A stretch of 64,000 nt of DNA from Amphiscolops sp. MND2022 (lineage: Eukaryota). Below the pieces are notes generated by a model. The model did no database searches and was not told the origin of the DNA. It was given only the letters and a program-made list of their open reading frames with translations. How positions within the stretch are numbered: the first letter of the stretch is position 1; each line of letters opens with the position of its first letter. Made by a program: the position numbers and the translations under genes. The DNA is taken from NCBI GenBank assembly GCA_964187785.1, contig OZ076414.1, positions 40,982,001 to 41,046,000 on the forward strand. The letters are read 5' to 3'. This document shows, in pieces, positions 50,801-63,209 of the stretch.

Positions 50801-53471
50801 TAGAAGCATTCAGTCACATTACATTGGCAACTGACATCATTTATGAGGAATGAAATTTTTACTAACTCGTTTACACACATGACGGAAAGTGGACAACGAC
50901 TCGAGAGTGAAGACAATGGCGAGGAACAAGTCAACTGTGAATATGCCCCAGAACACAGTAAGATTGGGCTCGTAGTGCACAAGGTTGGGGTTACCCCCCG
51001 GACCTGCCCCGTACAGTTTCTGAGAGGTCTCCACTCTGGTGAACAACATCTTGGGAGTGTTCATGCAGATAGAGACGAAGCTGATGAAGGAGCTCAGCCA
51101 AAGGAGACACCTGGCCCACTGAAACAATGCAACAGTGCCCAGACAAAATACACTTTAGACTCAAAAAGGTTTTTCTCTTTGGCGAACCCTTTGGTGAAAA
51201 TTTCAATAAAAAACAAGAGGGGACCCTTTGATCAAACATGCAGTTTCGTAGTTTAAGTAAAAATTTGGTGAATATTTCAATTTAAAAAAAGGACCTTTTG
51301 ATCAAATCATGCAGTCTCGTAGTTTAAGTAAAAATTTCCAAGTGGGGCTTCCTCTTAGGTAAACTTTATGTCGTGGGCTGGAAGGTCTGTGAAAATTTAA
51401 ACAATTTAGACATATGCTGAGGCTTGACAAAAAACTAGTCACTGTAATAGTCGGGCACTTTTTAAACAAAGAAAGAGTATATCAAACAAGACGGGAACGT
51501 CCCAAGTCGGCGCCATATCTTAGGCTCAAAAATATTCAAGGAACAACTATTGGAAAAATTTGGAAAAAAAAATTTTTTTCAAAAAAAAAATTTTGATTTT
51601 TTTTCGAAAAAAAAGTATTTTTTAGGTCGCACAATGCCGAAAAACTCATTAAAAAATTTATGGTTTAGTGCGGGATTCGAACCCACGCTCTCCGGCTGGG
51701 TCGAAGATGAAAGATGAACAAATATGAAAGATGAACAAAAATTGTAAGAAAAGTGGACCACTCAGAGTGAGATTGTCAACTGAAAAAAAAAAACTACTCA
51801 CTGTAAGAGTCGGGCTTTTTTCCTTAAGGGAAAAGGCGCCGACTAATAACTTTCCAAAAATGTCTACCCCTAAATGTTTTGAACTGCTTTCGGAAAAAGG
51901 CTAAAACTAGTTCAATGGAAACACGACTAGAGTGAATGAATTATTTATTGATTTGTTACCCGTGGGCGTACAAATTACAAACGATAAAGAAAATGATAAT
52001 TAGCTAGTACTAGTTGTATAAGCTTTACAAATAATACCGCACAGGGCGGACACTTTTTTTAGTAATTCAATATTCACGGTGTTCATCAGCTGGTCAAATT
52101 TCACCATATTCGGATACGAGTAATAAAAATCCGGAAGAAGTTCAACCCTACTATCTCTAAAATATTCACATACCATAATCATGTGATATTCATCGGCTTT
52201 ACATTGCTTACAGCAGAACGGACAATTTTGGTTATAGTTGTCCGTTATTCTCTCTGTCACTCTCGGTGACGTGTACGGTGCGCAGCGAAATTGGCTTAGT
52301 TGCACCCTTTGTTTACCCTTCCTTTTCTGTAGGTAAGGTTCTAGAAGCAGCCGATGTTTGAATCCCCTATAGCAGTCGCAAAGTGAGGTGGAATGTAGCA
52401 TCGTATGCCAGGATTGAATAGCTAAGTCTTCGCATTGTCGCTTAATATACTTCTTGAACTCGGTGTCTCTGATGTAATTCACGTATGTATCTACCATAGG
52501 TATTCCGCAGCTAACCATAATATTTTCCACACTCAGAATCCATTTGTTCTCATATTCGTTAGAATTGATTAGCCAAAACATCGAATTCGAAAAACTTTTT
52601 TTATCGTACGAAAGTTTTTTCCGAAAAGATGCCATTCTTTGCCATCTTGTAAATTTCAGTTCTTTTTGGCCTAACTCCCCATATGTCATTGCTTTAGGGG
52701 CACTTTTTCGTATACGAAGCAGACTTCTGAGAAAATTACGGTGAAAAACTTCAATCTGCTCAATGTCCTCATGGCCCCACACTTCACAACCATATTGTAA
52801 AATGGGCTTTATCATCACGTCAAAAAGGTGTATTTTGGTGTCTATTTCGAGATCGATTTTACTCATAAGAACATCCAATTTGAATAGTGCCTTTTTAGCT
52901 TTATCGACATTGTTTTTCATTGCAGCTTGAAACGTGTTGTTGTACTTTAACATGACTCCGAGGTAGCAAAATTTATTGACACGCTCAATTGCAGTTCTAT
53001 TAATCAATTGCCCGGAACAAAGAGGCTTTTTCATTTCACTCTTGAAGTAATTTTTAGATTACTAGTAAAAACAATTTTCAATTAGAAAACTATTGTCTCG
53101 CAATTATAACGTGAAGGATGTTTGAAGTAAGAGACACTGGCCTGTTTCAACAATTTTCCAATAGGATAACTTTAAAAAAGACTTGATATGATAACCTTTT
53201 TGTCGAGCCATTCTGGGTTGAGCGGTCCAATAACAGTAGCGTTAGTATCCAGCCTGTCGTCGAAAGCGGCGGCTTCAGCCATAGCAGCCACATTGGGAGG
53301 TGAGGGAAGATTTGCCGCATTCGAGGGGGGATGGCCGGTAGCTGCAGTTGAGGCTGGCTGGTTAACCCCGCCAACAACAGACTGTGCATTATTGCCCACG
53401 GCACCAGTGACTCCCCCTTGCGAGGCCATGGCCCCTCCACCTGTTGCTGTTGTTGATACTGGGTCCAACAT
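47895..53471 (-). CDS. NALCN: NALCN 5' block (N-terminus and domain I). Exons 53471-53196, 51118-50867, 50254-50153, 49806-49685, 48140-47895
   Basis: EWLDKK|WARCLL..SICMNTP, WRGFDAIV..WISLAIQ, GMLRLPRTLII (S4), K|RSGKQVW..LYGLVGVQFFG..HCV, IPDTHC. GT-AG junctions are in phase. The first exon is low-complexity and less certain. Confidence 0.92.
48314..48456. repeat. 143-bp near-perfect palindrome (71-bp arms, 1-nt loop)
   Basis: Centre CTGCTCGA-G-TCGAGCAG; one arm mismatch. Confidence 0.93.
51484..51850. repeat. Composite host repeat (family A head, B-box-like fragment, family B)
   Basis: Family A head at 51484; GGGATTCGAACCC at 51672; CACTGTAAGAGTCGGGC..GGCGCCGACTAA at about 51799-51846. 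Confidence 0.6.
51935..53040 (-). mobile_element. 5'-truncated non-LTR retrotransposon (LINE) in NALCN intron 1; RT C-terminal/thumb region and CCHC-like tail (ORF 52000-53034)
   Basis: F.YLG, I.PIL.YG.EVWG, FHRNFLR..L, YGELG, CPFC..DEYH...C motifs typical of the LINE ORF2 C-terminus. Boundaries are approximate. Confidence 0.85.
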
Positions 53472-53879
53472 GATTGCTTATAACTGCGACACATGTAGTT
53501 TCAGCATGTGTTGAATGGGTGGTTTATTTTCACTGGGTAAAAGAACAAGCAAAAGCTTGCTTGCTTTTAGGCTGGCATAATGTTTTCCAAAGCACTGGAT
53601 GCTGAGTTTGAGTTATAAAAACTTCTAACCCGCGAGGTATATCAGCGGCCAATGAGTTTACTCAATGAGGCATCATGCTGCACTAAAAATAAAGAATATC
53701 AACATCCAAAATTAAAATCGGAAAACGAAAGTGAAACAGAATTTTCAAATGAAAAAGCTATGTCAACAATCTTGCTTGCATGAAATATGCAAAGGAAGTC
53801 TAGAAGTGAACCAGAGCCGCATGTGTGAAGGAGTCGGAAACGAATTAAAACATTGAACAACAAATCAAAAATGAATTGT

Positions 53880-54340
53880 ATGGGCAGTTTTTGAGAAAAT
53901 CAAAAAAGACCAAAAATGGCCGTTTATGTCATTTTTGGACTACCTTTGGCAATGTTTCTCAAATTCCAGTTATACAATTATGATGCCATTGCACCCATAG
54001 GACCCTAATATGGCGAAGAATGACTGTAAAAAATCTCGTTCGAATCGCACGGAGTTTTTGAGAAAATCGAAAAAAGCCCATAAATTGCCGTTTTTTGGTC
54101 ATTTTTGGACTTATTTTGGCTATTAGTCCAAAAATTTTTTCGGTCAAATGCCCGACTCAGATCTTTGTGATAATATTTTGATGCCATTGCGCACGCAGGA
54201 GCACCTTTGGGTGTAGAGTGCCTGTGCTAAAGTTTGAAAAAATCGAATGGACAGTTTTGAGAAATTTGAAAGGTCGGGGAAAAACGGCACAATTGCATAA
54301 GTAGTCGAAAACTTTTAGACTCCTAAAAAAACTAGAGGCC
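53880..54340. repeat. Host dispersed repeat with internal duplications
   Basis: GTTTTTGAGAAAATC(A/G)AAAAA and ATGATGCCATTGC(A/G)C repeated internally. Confidence 0.55.
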
Positions 54341-54779
54341 AAATGCCTTTACACACGACCGCGGGACATGCGTTCCTGAATATTTTTTGCATGAGAAAAA
54401 TACTAACACTTACGTTTTTCGGTGAGTTAAATGATGAATCAACGAGAAGGGAACAGCATAAGTCGGCGCAACGCTTAAGGCTCAACAAGAGCAAAAGTAC
54501 TCCCAATCGGAATCATTAGAGCTGAGCCTACTTTCGCTTTTGTTACTCGACGCTTTGTGGAATGAATCGCGACTATTTTAGAAGCTTTTCGTTGTTTTTA
54601 GTCGTGCACTATGCAAGAAAATGTGCCCGACTATTTCAATGTCTAGCTTTTTTCGCTAGAGCACAAAATGTATGCGTAGCGTCCACTTTTTGAGCAGAGT
54701 TTGTTTAAACCGCCAGTAGTTAGGATGGGCGCTTCCCAGGGAGACGACCGTCAGGTCGATGTCTGATGAGGACTTGAAA

Positions 54780-56280
54780 TCTTTGTTCACAAACCCTTTA
54801 CGTGTCAAAGGGACCCGCTTTTGATTTTTGGCACTGTGGAACTTTTTGGATTTTTGGATTGTTTTTCGAAAGGTTCCCCTTCAGTTTTTCCAGTGTTTCA
54901 ACTTCCTAAAGTGTCTCATATTAGGGTTTTTCAGCACCACGCGACTTGATTCTCGTATTTTTTGGTCTTCTTCATCATCAGAAAAGAAGCGTTTTTTGAG
55001 GCTGCATGTCCCCCTTCGGATATTTTTGCCACTCTAAAAATTATGAAAGTTTCCCGAAAACAACCCTGACCATTTCTATGAGACTACGCCGGTTTTTAGT
55101 CGGCGCTTTTTGTGTAAATAAAAAATGGTGGACTCTTAGTGACTTTATCCACCAGGCAGAACTAACACTGAAAGGTCCACTTTTTACAGAATTTCTCTAG
55201 GCAACCTCACTAGTAAGTAATATCAGTAATACCTGGTGCTTCCACAGGGTACCACCTTTGGCTACCTCAGTTTTTAAAGCTTTTGTTGTAACCAGATAAC
55301 TTAAAAGTTCGATTTTACTGGTTTTTCGGCATTGAGACTTTCCAAAATTTCTCGATGTTAAAGGGTTAGCCTCTTTGGTTATTTTGATTTTCTGCAACAA
55401 ACTCGATCATGAAAAAGCCCAAAAGCTGACTCTTTTGCGTTTCTCGACGTTTTTATTTATGCTTGCAAAGGTACAGGAAAGACCAAAGGGTCCCCTCTTT
55501 GTGTTTTTTGGACATTTCAGATTTCTTGAAACAACCGAGTTGCCCTTCTTTTAGAAACAGCGTTTTGCGAGTACAAAAGGCTGCTTAGATATTTCAGCTC
55601 TATTCGATTTATCGAAGACATTTGAAAAATTGATACCAAAAAAAGTTGGAAGAAATTTTTCTACTCAATTTTCAGTTTTTTGAGGCTTTGTGTTAACAAA
55701 GTTCGTTTTCCGAGCCTTATGGGTGACATCTTAGGTTATTCTTTGGTCCTGTGGGACTGATGAGATTTTCCTCAAAACCTGTTCGGACAAAGGGTACCTT
55801 TTTGTTTGAAAAGTTCTTATCATGGAAAAAGCGTTTTTGCGTGCTTACAGCTCTTCTTTCGGCAATCTGGTATTTTTTTCTGAAAACTTTTTACGAGAAA
55901 ATGATGTTTCTAGTCAGAAAAAAAAGGTTTTTGAGTCTTCGGCGGCAGAAAAACAAGTACACCTTCGCGTTTTTTGGCACTGTATGATCCGTCTGGTTTG
56001 TTGGCTTTCATGATCACCGGAAATTTTTCCAAGTTTTTCGGACGTCACGATTGTGTAAGTAGTCGAAAATCATGGAGACAATTTTCAATATTTTTTTTTC
56101 AAAAAAATGTCTTCGATAAGTCGCAAAGTGCCGAAAAACTTTAAGGGACATTCTCTGCTTGCAAAACGCGTTTTGTTTGCTAGAAATCGAAGGGGGGCTT
56201 CCGTGAAAAAAATCATAAAAAAGTCGCGTGGTGCCAAAAAAGAATCCAAGAAGGGAAGACCAATTGGTCAAACCGCCGAC
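54780..56280. repeat. Cluster of decayed family A/B host repeats
   Basis: Repeated AAGGGTCCC(C/T), TTTTCGGCATTG(T/A)GACT and AGTCGGCG motifs; no coding potential. Confidence 0.55.
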
Positions 56281-56962
56281 TAAGAATTCAAATTAAAAAC
56301 CAAGAAGTAAAAACATTCCTATTGCAGTTCATTTCTGACCATCTGCCCTCCGATTTAAAGCCCTCCTCCGGAATTAAGCACTTCAAAATACATCCTAATT
56401 GGAGAAAGTTTGAAACAACTAATTCACACAATTCCGTAACACACAATGGTAAAAACCGATGTTTGAAAACAATTATTACTGCTCAAAATTATATTTAACG
56501 AAAGAAACCACAACAAATGGAAAACTAAAGAGCTCTCAAACTTGAAATGGACAATTATTCCCTACAATTGCTTACACTAATGTTTAAAATATAAAGGTTA
56601 AGTGCGACAAACGGGCAGGGATATTTTCTACAATTTCGTTTCATCTTGCATATTGATCCACTCATTTACAAATTCGTGCTCTCATTCCCAACTGTCAGCA
56701 CAGAAAACCCGACCCTTTGCCCAGACATGGTTTCCAAAAAGTTAACATTCCAGTCAAATTTCATCCTAATTGACAGAGAAATATGGAAACTCTCAGCATC
56801 AATCTTTAAGTTTCAAACAGTTTCATCAGGTCAAAGACTTTTCACAACTTGAACGACGACTGCCGAAAGTTAAACTGAGAACAGAACTTTTTGGGACTAG
56901 AATAACCAAGAAATTTGACTGATGAAATATTTTGACTAATAATAAATTATCAAACTCATCTT

Positions 56963-59900
56963 TCACTTTTTCAAGTTTTCGATTCTCTTTTCGAGTGCCG
57001 CTAAACTTGTCTGTATTGTGTCCATGTTTTGGGTCATGTTTGACCTCAGCTGCTCTAGACTAGCGGTGTTGGCCTTTGTCGTTGAACTGACTTGTTGTTG
57101 CACCCCGTCAATAGCATTCAAGGCTTGGCTAAACTGCAGCGTCTGTTGATAGAAGCACAGGAATGACCAAAGATTTTCCAAAATAAAATTTATAAAATTT
57201 TAGAAAAATGAAAAGAACAAATATGTCACGTCACATCAAAGCTGCATTGCATATGAAAGGCGAATGCTATTAGGAAATGACCTTAGTGAAAGTCTTTAAA
57301 ATGCTAAGAATTTTTGGCAGCTACTACCAAAAACTATTTTTCAGGACAGAGAGTGTTTTTAAATTATCTGACAAAACGTTCCGTCAAGTAGAGGCGTCAT
57401 ATATTGAATTTAGTCAACATGACAGTTTTTGGATTCAGATGACTTGAAAATGAAAACCTTCAAATAAAGAGTATGGGATGGCCAAAAAATGTAAGCACAT
57501 TATGCAAATGTCAATTTTAAAAATGGAAATAGGCTGCTATATGCCATCTATTTACATGATATCTATGTTGGTGACTACTTTACTTTTGCACATGCACAAG
57601 GAAATCAACCTGAAATACTTTTTTTATTTGTTGTGTCTTGCAGATATACGAGATACAGTAACTTCATATTGGAGATGATATACATTTTCAACAGTCATCC
57701 CTGTTGATGAATTGTATCCAAGGCCGATAGTCTATCTACGATAGAGGGCAAAGAATCTGCAACTGAGTCCCACTTCTGTGCTATCTCCAACATCTCCGAT
57801 ACTTTGGTAAGTTTTTCCGAAGGAATGGGCTTCGATTTGATTTCCTTCAGCTTGTCCATCAAAGACTGCAGCCGCATTTCCAACATGTCCAAATTGACTT
57901 TATCCAGAAAGAAAACCTTTTCCTCCAGTTTTTCAAGGGCTGAGACAAGATTGGGTTCAGAGCCCATGGTAGCTATTTCTTTGCCGTCTGTTGACCCGAT
58001 TGCTTTTTCAAGCACTGCCATTCTTTTCTCCAGGTCTAAAATCCTGAAAAACACCCAATAATGAAAGAATTAGGTCCCCAGGCGTTCTCTCAAAGCTGAA
58101 TAAATATGCCCACTCTAAGACAAAGTGGAGTGACGCGTAATGCAGCTGTCGAAATATTAGAAGAAAGTAATCAACCAATGACAATTAATTTAATGCAGCC
58201 GATCAGTTTGAATAGGTGGAATTTTCGCTCTAAATTTTTCGCGCTATTAGCAACTATTTGTCATTGATTTCTGAATTATACTTCAAATGAACAATACTTT
58301 CATCATCAAAAAAAAATCAATTTTGTTTATTGTAGATGGTGCAATCGTTTCCTTGGTCTTTAAATATAAATAATAAAAAATAATGTTGGCCTACGTCTTG
58401 AGGAAAGATGATGTGACATGAAGAAAGATGACGGCAACGTCTTAAGTCAGCAATTGAAAAATCTCATAGTGTCAGAAAGCATCGGAAACAGTTGTATATT
58501 GCCGAAAAAAAAACGATTTCGTTTAGTTTCCAATTTAGGCAAAAAAACGTACTAAAACCGAAAGCCGAAAATATTCAGTGTGAATCTGTTGTCTGGAGGG
58601 GTAAAGTTTCCTTATAAAAGCCGCGTACTAAAACCAAATACCTATGACAAGGCTGTGAAAATTTTTAACACTAACAACTGCACTCTTGGACACCAGTCTT
58701 ACAGATCATGGCAAAACTCTGATCAAATGTATGTTATGTTACAATTTTTGTAACTGATAGCTTCAATTTCCCCAAACACAAAAATATCGATGTCATTTAA
58801 AAAAGAACTGCGGAAAATGTTCTCAAAACCTTCAAAGTCCTGAAAAATAAAATTGAAACACTAAAAAGTGCCTGAAACTTTTAGTAATTTAAAAGTCCAT
58901 TAGATATTCACATTCTCATATTCCACGATAAACGTGACTTACATGCTACTTTTGCCTCCATAGTTGGATGGCACATAAACCTCGTATCTCGCCATGGAAT
59001 CGGAGCTGGCATCTGCACCCGACGATGAGTCACCTTTAGAAGATGCAGCAGCAGCTGTGCTCTTCAATGACGAGATCTCATTGGCTAATTTTTTGCTCAC
59101 ACTCCCGTCAGGATCTAACACTGATTCTTCACACTTGATAACTTTGTCCAGGTGAATCTCTTGCAGTTGATTCAGCATCATTTTTGCACTTTCCCGCATT
59201 TCCATCGGGTTGGGAATTTCCACAGCATCTTCACTCTCGTTCACACGATTGACCATTTGGATAAATTCGGAAAATTCCGATTTGAGTCGATCGTACCTTT
59301 GAATCGATGTTGAAAACTACTTATATGGAATACATTGTTACGCATTCCTACATCTGTTATACTTCATTAAAAACCAACAAAAAAATCATAAAACAGGGAG
59401 CGACAAAAGCGTCGCATATTCGTACACCGTGTTACATGTGATTCCTGCCTCAGCTTTTACGACACTTTTCGGACATTTTTCATCAAGTAGTGACACCAAA
59501 ATAAGTGGGACTAAGTTGAGATCACAGTTCTACCTTAACGATTTATTTTGAATTAAGATAAAAATTAATCAAGATCTATTAAAACGGAAAAATCTTCTCA
59601 AATCTTCTCACAGAGTTTTCAACATTTTCGTTGACTGATTGATATATACCTTTGTGTAGGAGTCTCGAGGCTACGTTCGTTGACTATCTCGTACTCGGAG
59701 CGAGGGAAATAGCCGAAGTTGAAGCTCCTGTTCTGGAACAACTCGTCCTTCTTGTCTCTCGCTTCCTCGTTCCGAACAAACTGCTTCTGAGCATCCGTGA
59801 AAGAAATTTCAATTCGCTCAACTGCCTCACTGTTGTCTTGACCTGGAAAACAATTCGAAAAACTAAACTTTCGGATGATGATCACTTTTCATACAGATCC

Positions 59901-60558
59901 AAGAGGGAACATGTTTTTTAAGAGAATGAAGCCCTGGATTTAAACGAACAAGCCAAGCCGGTAGCGGTAAAAAATTGGCACCCGCGTAAGATTCAAAACG
60001 AGCTAAGTCTAACGTTACCGTAAAGTTCAGAGCCAAAAATACCCAAAAAAGCCCTGAGACTCGAAAAACGCTTTTCTCCAACTGAAAACCCTATTTGCTG
60101 AAGTGCCTTTTTAGAAAAAAGTCACTGAGTGCCGAAAACCTCAAAGGGGACCCTTCAAACTTGTAAAACGCTTTTCCTTACTAAAAACATCAAAAGCCTA
60201 ATTTTTTTTCTGAACAGAAAAATTCATGCTGATCAACTCAATTTCAGTTTTCCCACGCTTTTTTTGAATGACGAACTCAACGCTTACACAACACAGCAAG
60301 AAATTTTTACTTTCATGCAAATGCATGGTTTCGATCTTTTTGCCGTAAATAACTTGTCTTTTGGTAAATCACGTATAACCGTGTATTTTTCAGCCTAAAA
60401 CTTAAAAAAATGAATGAGAAAGATACGTGAAGCTTGAATCATGAACCTGATCTGAATAATCGTTCTATCTGGTCCACTTCGGGGAGATCTGATGACTCAT
60501 AGAAGTCGGCATTGTGCGTGTCTATGCCAGGCAAGTTGGAGAAGCGAGACAGATCCAT
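56963..60558 (-). CDS. DCTN2: Dynactin subunit 2 (dynamitin/p50), about 393 aa. Exons 60558-60447, 59842-59650, 59296-58943, 58043-57701, 57142-56963
   Basis: MDLSRFSNLPGID..DFYESSDLPEVDQ matches the DCTN2 N-terminus; ETPTQRY.RL, LEKR, LD.LE.RLQ, KWDSVADSLPSIVDRL, IHQQ|TLQFSQ. Phases are consistent; the last intron has a GG donor. Confidence 0.92.
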
Positions 60559-60957
60559 TTTCAAGCATAAACTAAGTCTGAAAACAAACAATATAGTTGG
60601 AAAATGTATACTGAAAACTGATCAAAAATAACATTAAAAAATTTTTTTGAAGTCATGTCTACACAAGCTCAATAATTTATTATTTGCTGATCTCATTTTT
60701 CACAAGCTATTCACATAAATCGAAATGCAAGAGGAAAGTTTCTTATGTTTTCATATTAGTACAGGTGAGCCCAAAGACATGTTCCATTGTTCGATATCGG
60801 ATGTTCCGCATCGAGATTCTCGTTTTACCAATGAAGGTCAAAGTGCACTTCCAGGAACCAATGTGAATGAAAGTGGAACCAAACCTAGACGGCTTATATA
60901 ACACTGAAATTTTCAATTTTTGGTAAAACGAGAATCTCGATGCGGAACATCCGATAC

Positions 60958-61158
60958 ACCAAATTATACTCTTGAAGATACAACTTGAAATACTAAGTTG
61001 ATTGGATTTCATAACGGTAGTCGAAGTGACCATCCATTCTCGATGAAATGAAAACAAGTTGTTTTCATTTCATCGAGAATGGATGGTCACTTCGACTACC
61101 ATTATGAAATCCAATCAACTTAGTATTTCAAGTTGTATCTTCAAGAGTATAATTTGGT
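60958..61158. repeat. 201-bp near-perfect palindrome (100-bp arms, 1-nt loop), with an adjacent 35-bp inverted repeat pair at 60796-60830 / 60921-60955
   Basis: Centre GAAAACAA-G-TTGTTTTC; one arm mismatch. Confidence 0.93.
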
Positions 61159-61539
61159 TTATAGTCTTTCTGAAATTATCCTCGCTAGATGAACCGAGAA
61201 AACCCAACATAAAACCCCGCTCAAACCTCAGAAACCACAAAATTGTGAAATATAGAAGGCCCCTTGAACAATTGAAAACAGTCTCCTGAAAAGCACAGAA
61301 GTATTTGTACTTGACTAGGAAAATGTGACTCAAATTTATAAGTGAGCAGAATGTAAAAAACCAACAAACTAATCAGAAAGTGATTCAAATACGGCATCTT
61401 TTCGAATTAAAGATCAAATGCAAACCAAGAGAACAATTTGCTGGTCTGTTTTGAAAAAAAAAGACAAAGACCCATTAAAGAGTAAACCGCGGACAGTCAT
61501 TTTGAACCCTAAATAGCATAGGGGTACTAGAAAGGAGCT

Positions 61540-61930
61540 TATATTTTTTTCAATTTCCGATGTTTTGCCAGAAGCCCATCTTCCTTTTATTCAACAACTT
61601 TTTGGTACCGTGTTTGGCCCGAACGGCAGAAGCATTAGCAAAAAAGGTTTCTAGAACGCTTAGAAAAATGGGCTTATATGGCGAAAACAATTTTTTTCTC
61701 AAAAGTCGGCCCATGAAGAAAGGCAATCCCAAATCTTTTTACAGCAACAAAACCAAATGATATGCTGTTGATACTACAAGCAAACGCGCAGTGAGCCGCA
61801 GGAAGTGCGGAATGGCCGCGAAACGGCGGTACCGGAAAAAAACAAATTCGGAAGGCACCCGGCGACAGGGGCTCACTGAACCAAAATGAAAGCCCAGTAT
61901 CAATACTCTGGTATGGGTAGCTGGGGAGAT
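61540..61930 (-). repeat. Host dispersed repeat family C copy
   Basis: Reverse complement matches 47040-47420. Confidence 0.7.
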
Positions 61931-63209
61931 AATAATGATTGAAAAAATATGTGAGCACTTTATCAAGAATTACTCCGCGGAAACCATAACTGATTTGTGA
62001 AGCTCATTGAAGCCCGCGTAGAACTCATAAAAGCATTGTCTTTAAATATGCAAAAAAGGTGGCTTGTAAAAAAAACAGATATGAAAAATAACTCAATACT
62101 GAAAAAGGTAGGTGGAAAACTCGTCGAAAACAGCTCGCCAAAATAGAAGGACGGATAACTGATCAAAAATTAACTCGTCGGTTATTAGGTACAAACTAGT
62201 CGAAAAAGTAAAATTACCAATTGGCTGTTATTAACTCACCAGAAAAGATCCTTTTATTTTTACACATAATATAGCAATATAGCTTTTCCAGGTGTATATT
62301 TGCCTATTCAAATGTCTTATTTTTAGTCAGCGCTTTCGTAAAAAGAGCAGACTATAGTAGTGACTTACGACCAACGAACTGACAAAAGTTCTACAAAAAG
62401 TTCTTCGATTTTGGCAAAGTCCATTTTGGCCAACTACCTACTACATTTGAGCTGTAAAGGATAACGCAACCCATACCGGATTTAACGCAAACCGGATATA
62501 ACGAATTCCGGATATAACGTACACCGGATATAACAATTCTTGGAAAAATTTTGAATGTTACAAAAGGGTCCCCTTTTCAATTGTTAGGATAATTAGAGTT
62601 GATGCAAAATCATATGAAGCCAAAGGTTCCCCTTTGTGTTTTTTCGCTATTGTGAGACCTTACTTTTCAATTTAACCGAACAGCTGCTTTAATCTCAATA
62701 CTTTATCATACTTTGAGCATTTTCGGCTTTGAACATTTTTTCCGAAACTTTATTTGGTCAAAGGGTACCCTCTCAACTCTATAGCTGATTTGGGCTTGAA
62801 AAAAATTGATTTTTTTTGTGTTGCCAGTTGGGGAAAACGTGGTTTCCGCGTCTTATGTGTATCCTTTCGGGTATTTTTCGGCACTGAGAAATTGATAAAA
62901 TTTCAACACTAAGGTCATTTGCATATTTAGGAGCCTCGCTTTTTTGAAACTTGGGCGGGGCGCCGACATGGGCCGGTCCTGGCTTGTTGTAGTTTACAGT
63001 ATAAACCTTAGGGCACCCCGAAAATACCAAAAATGGAGTCTTCGGTGAGAAACTTGTTTTAAAAAGTCGTAGTAGCAGAAAAACTACAAAAGGTCAGGTA
63101 TGTGTCTTCAAAAAGAACAATAGTGTATACAAAAGAAAACTATCGATGGTAGATTCCGTTGGCAATTTGGTACTTCTAATTAGATTTTATAAAATTCATA
63201 AAAGGGTGA

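Noticed and set aside
51660-51700. tRNA gene suggested by a B-box-like GGTTCGAATCC on the minus strand
   Set aside because: No A box or cloverleaf; part of a composite host repeat.
53147-53514. Alternative-frame ORFs (Gln-rich 53147-53494 minus; 53188-53514 plus)
   Set aside because: They overlap the frame that splices in phase to NALCN exon 2 and have no homology support.
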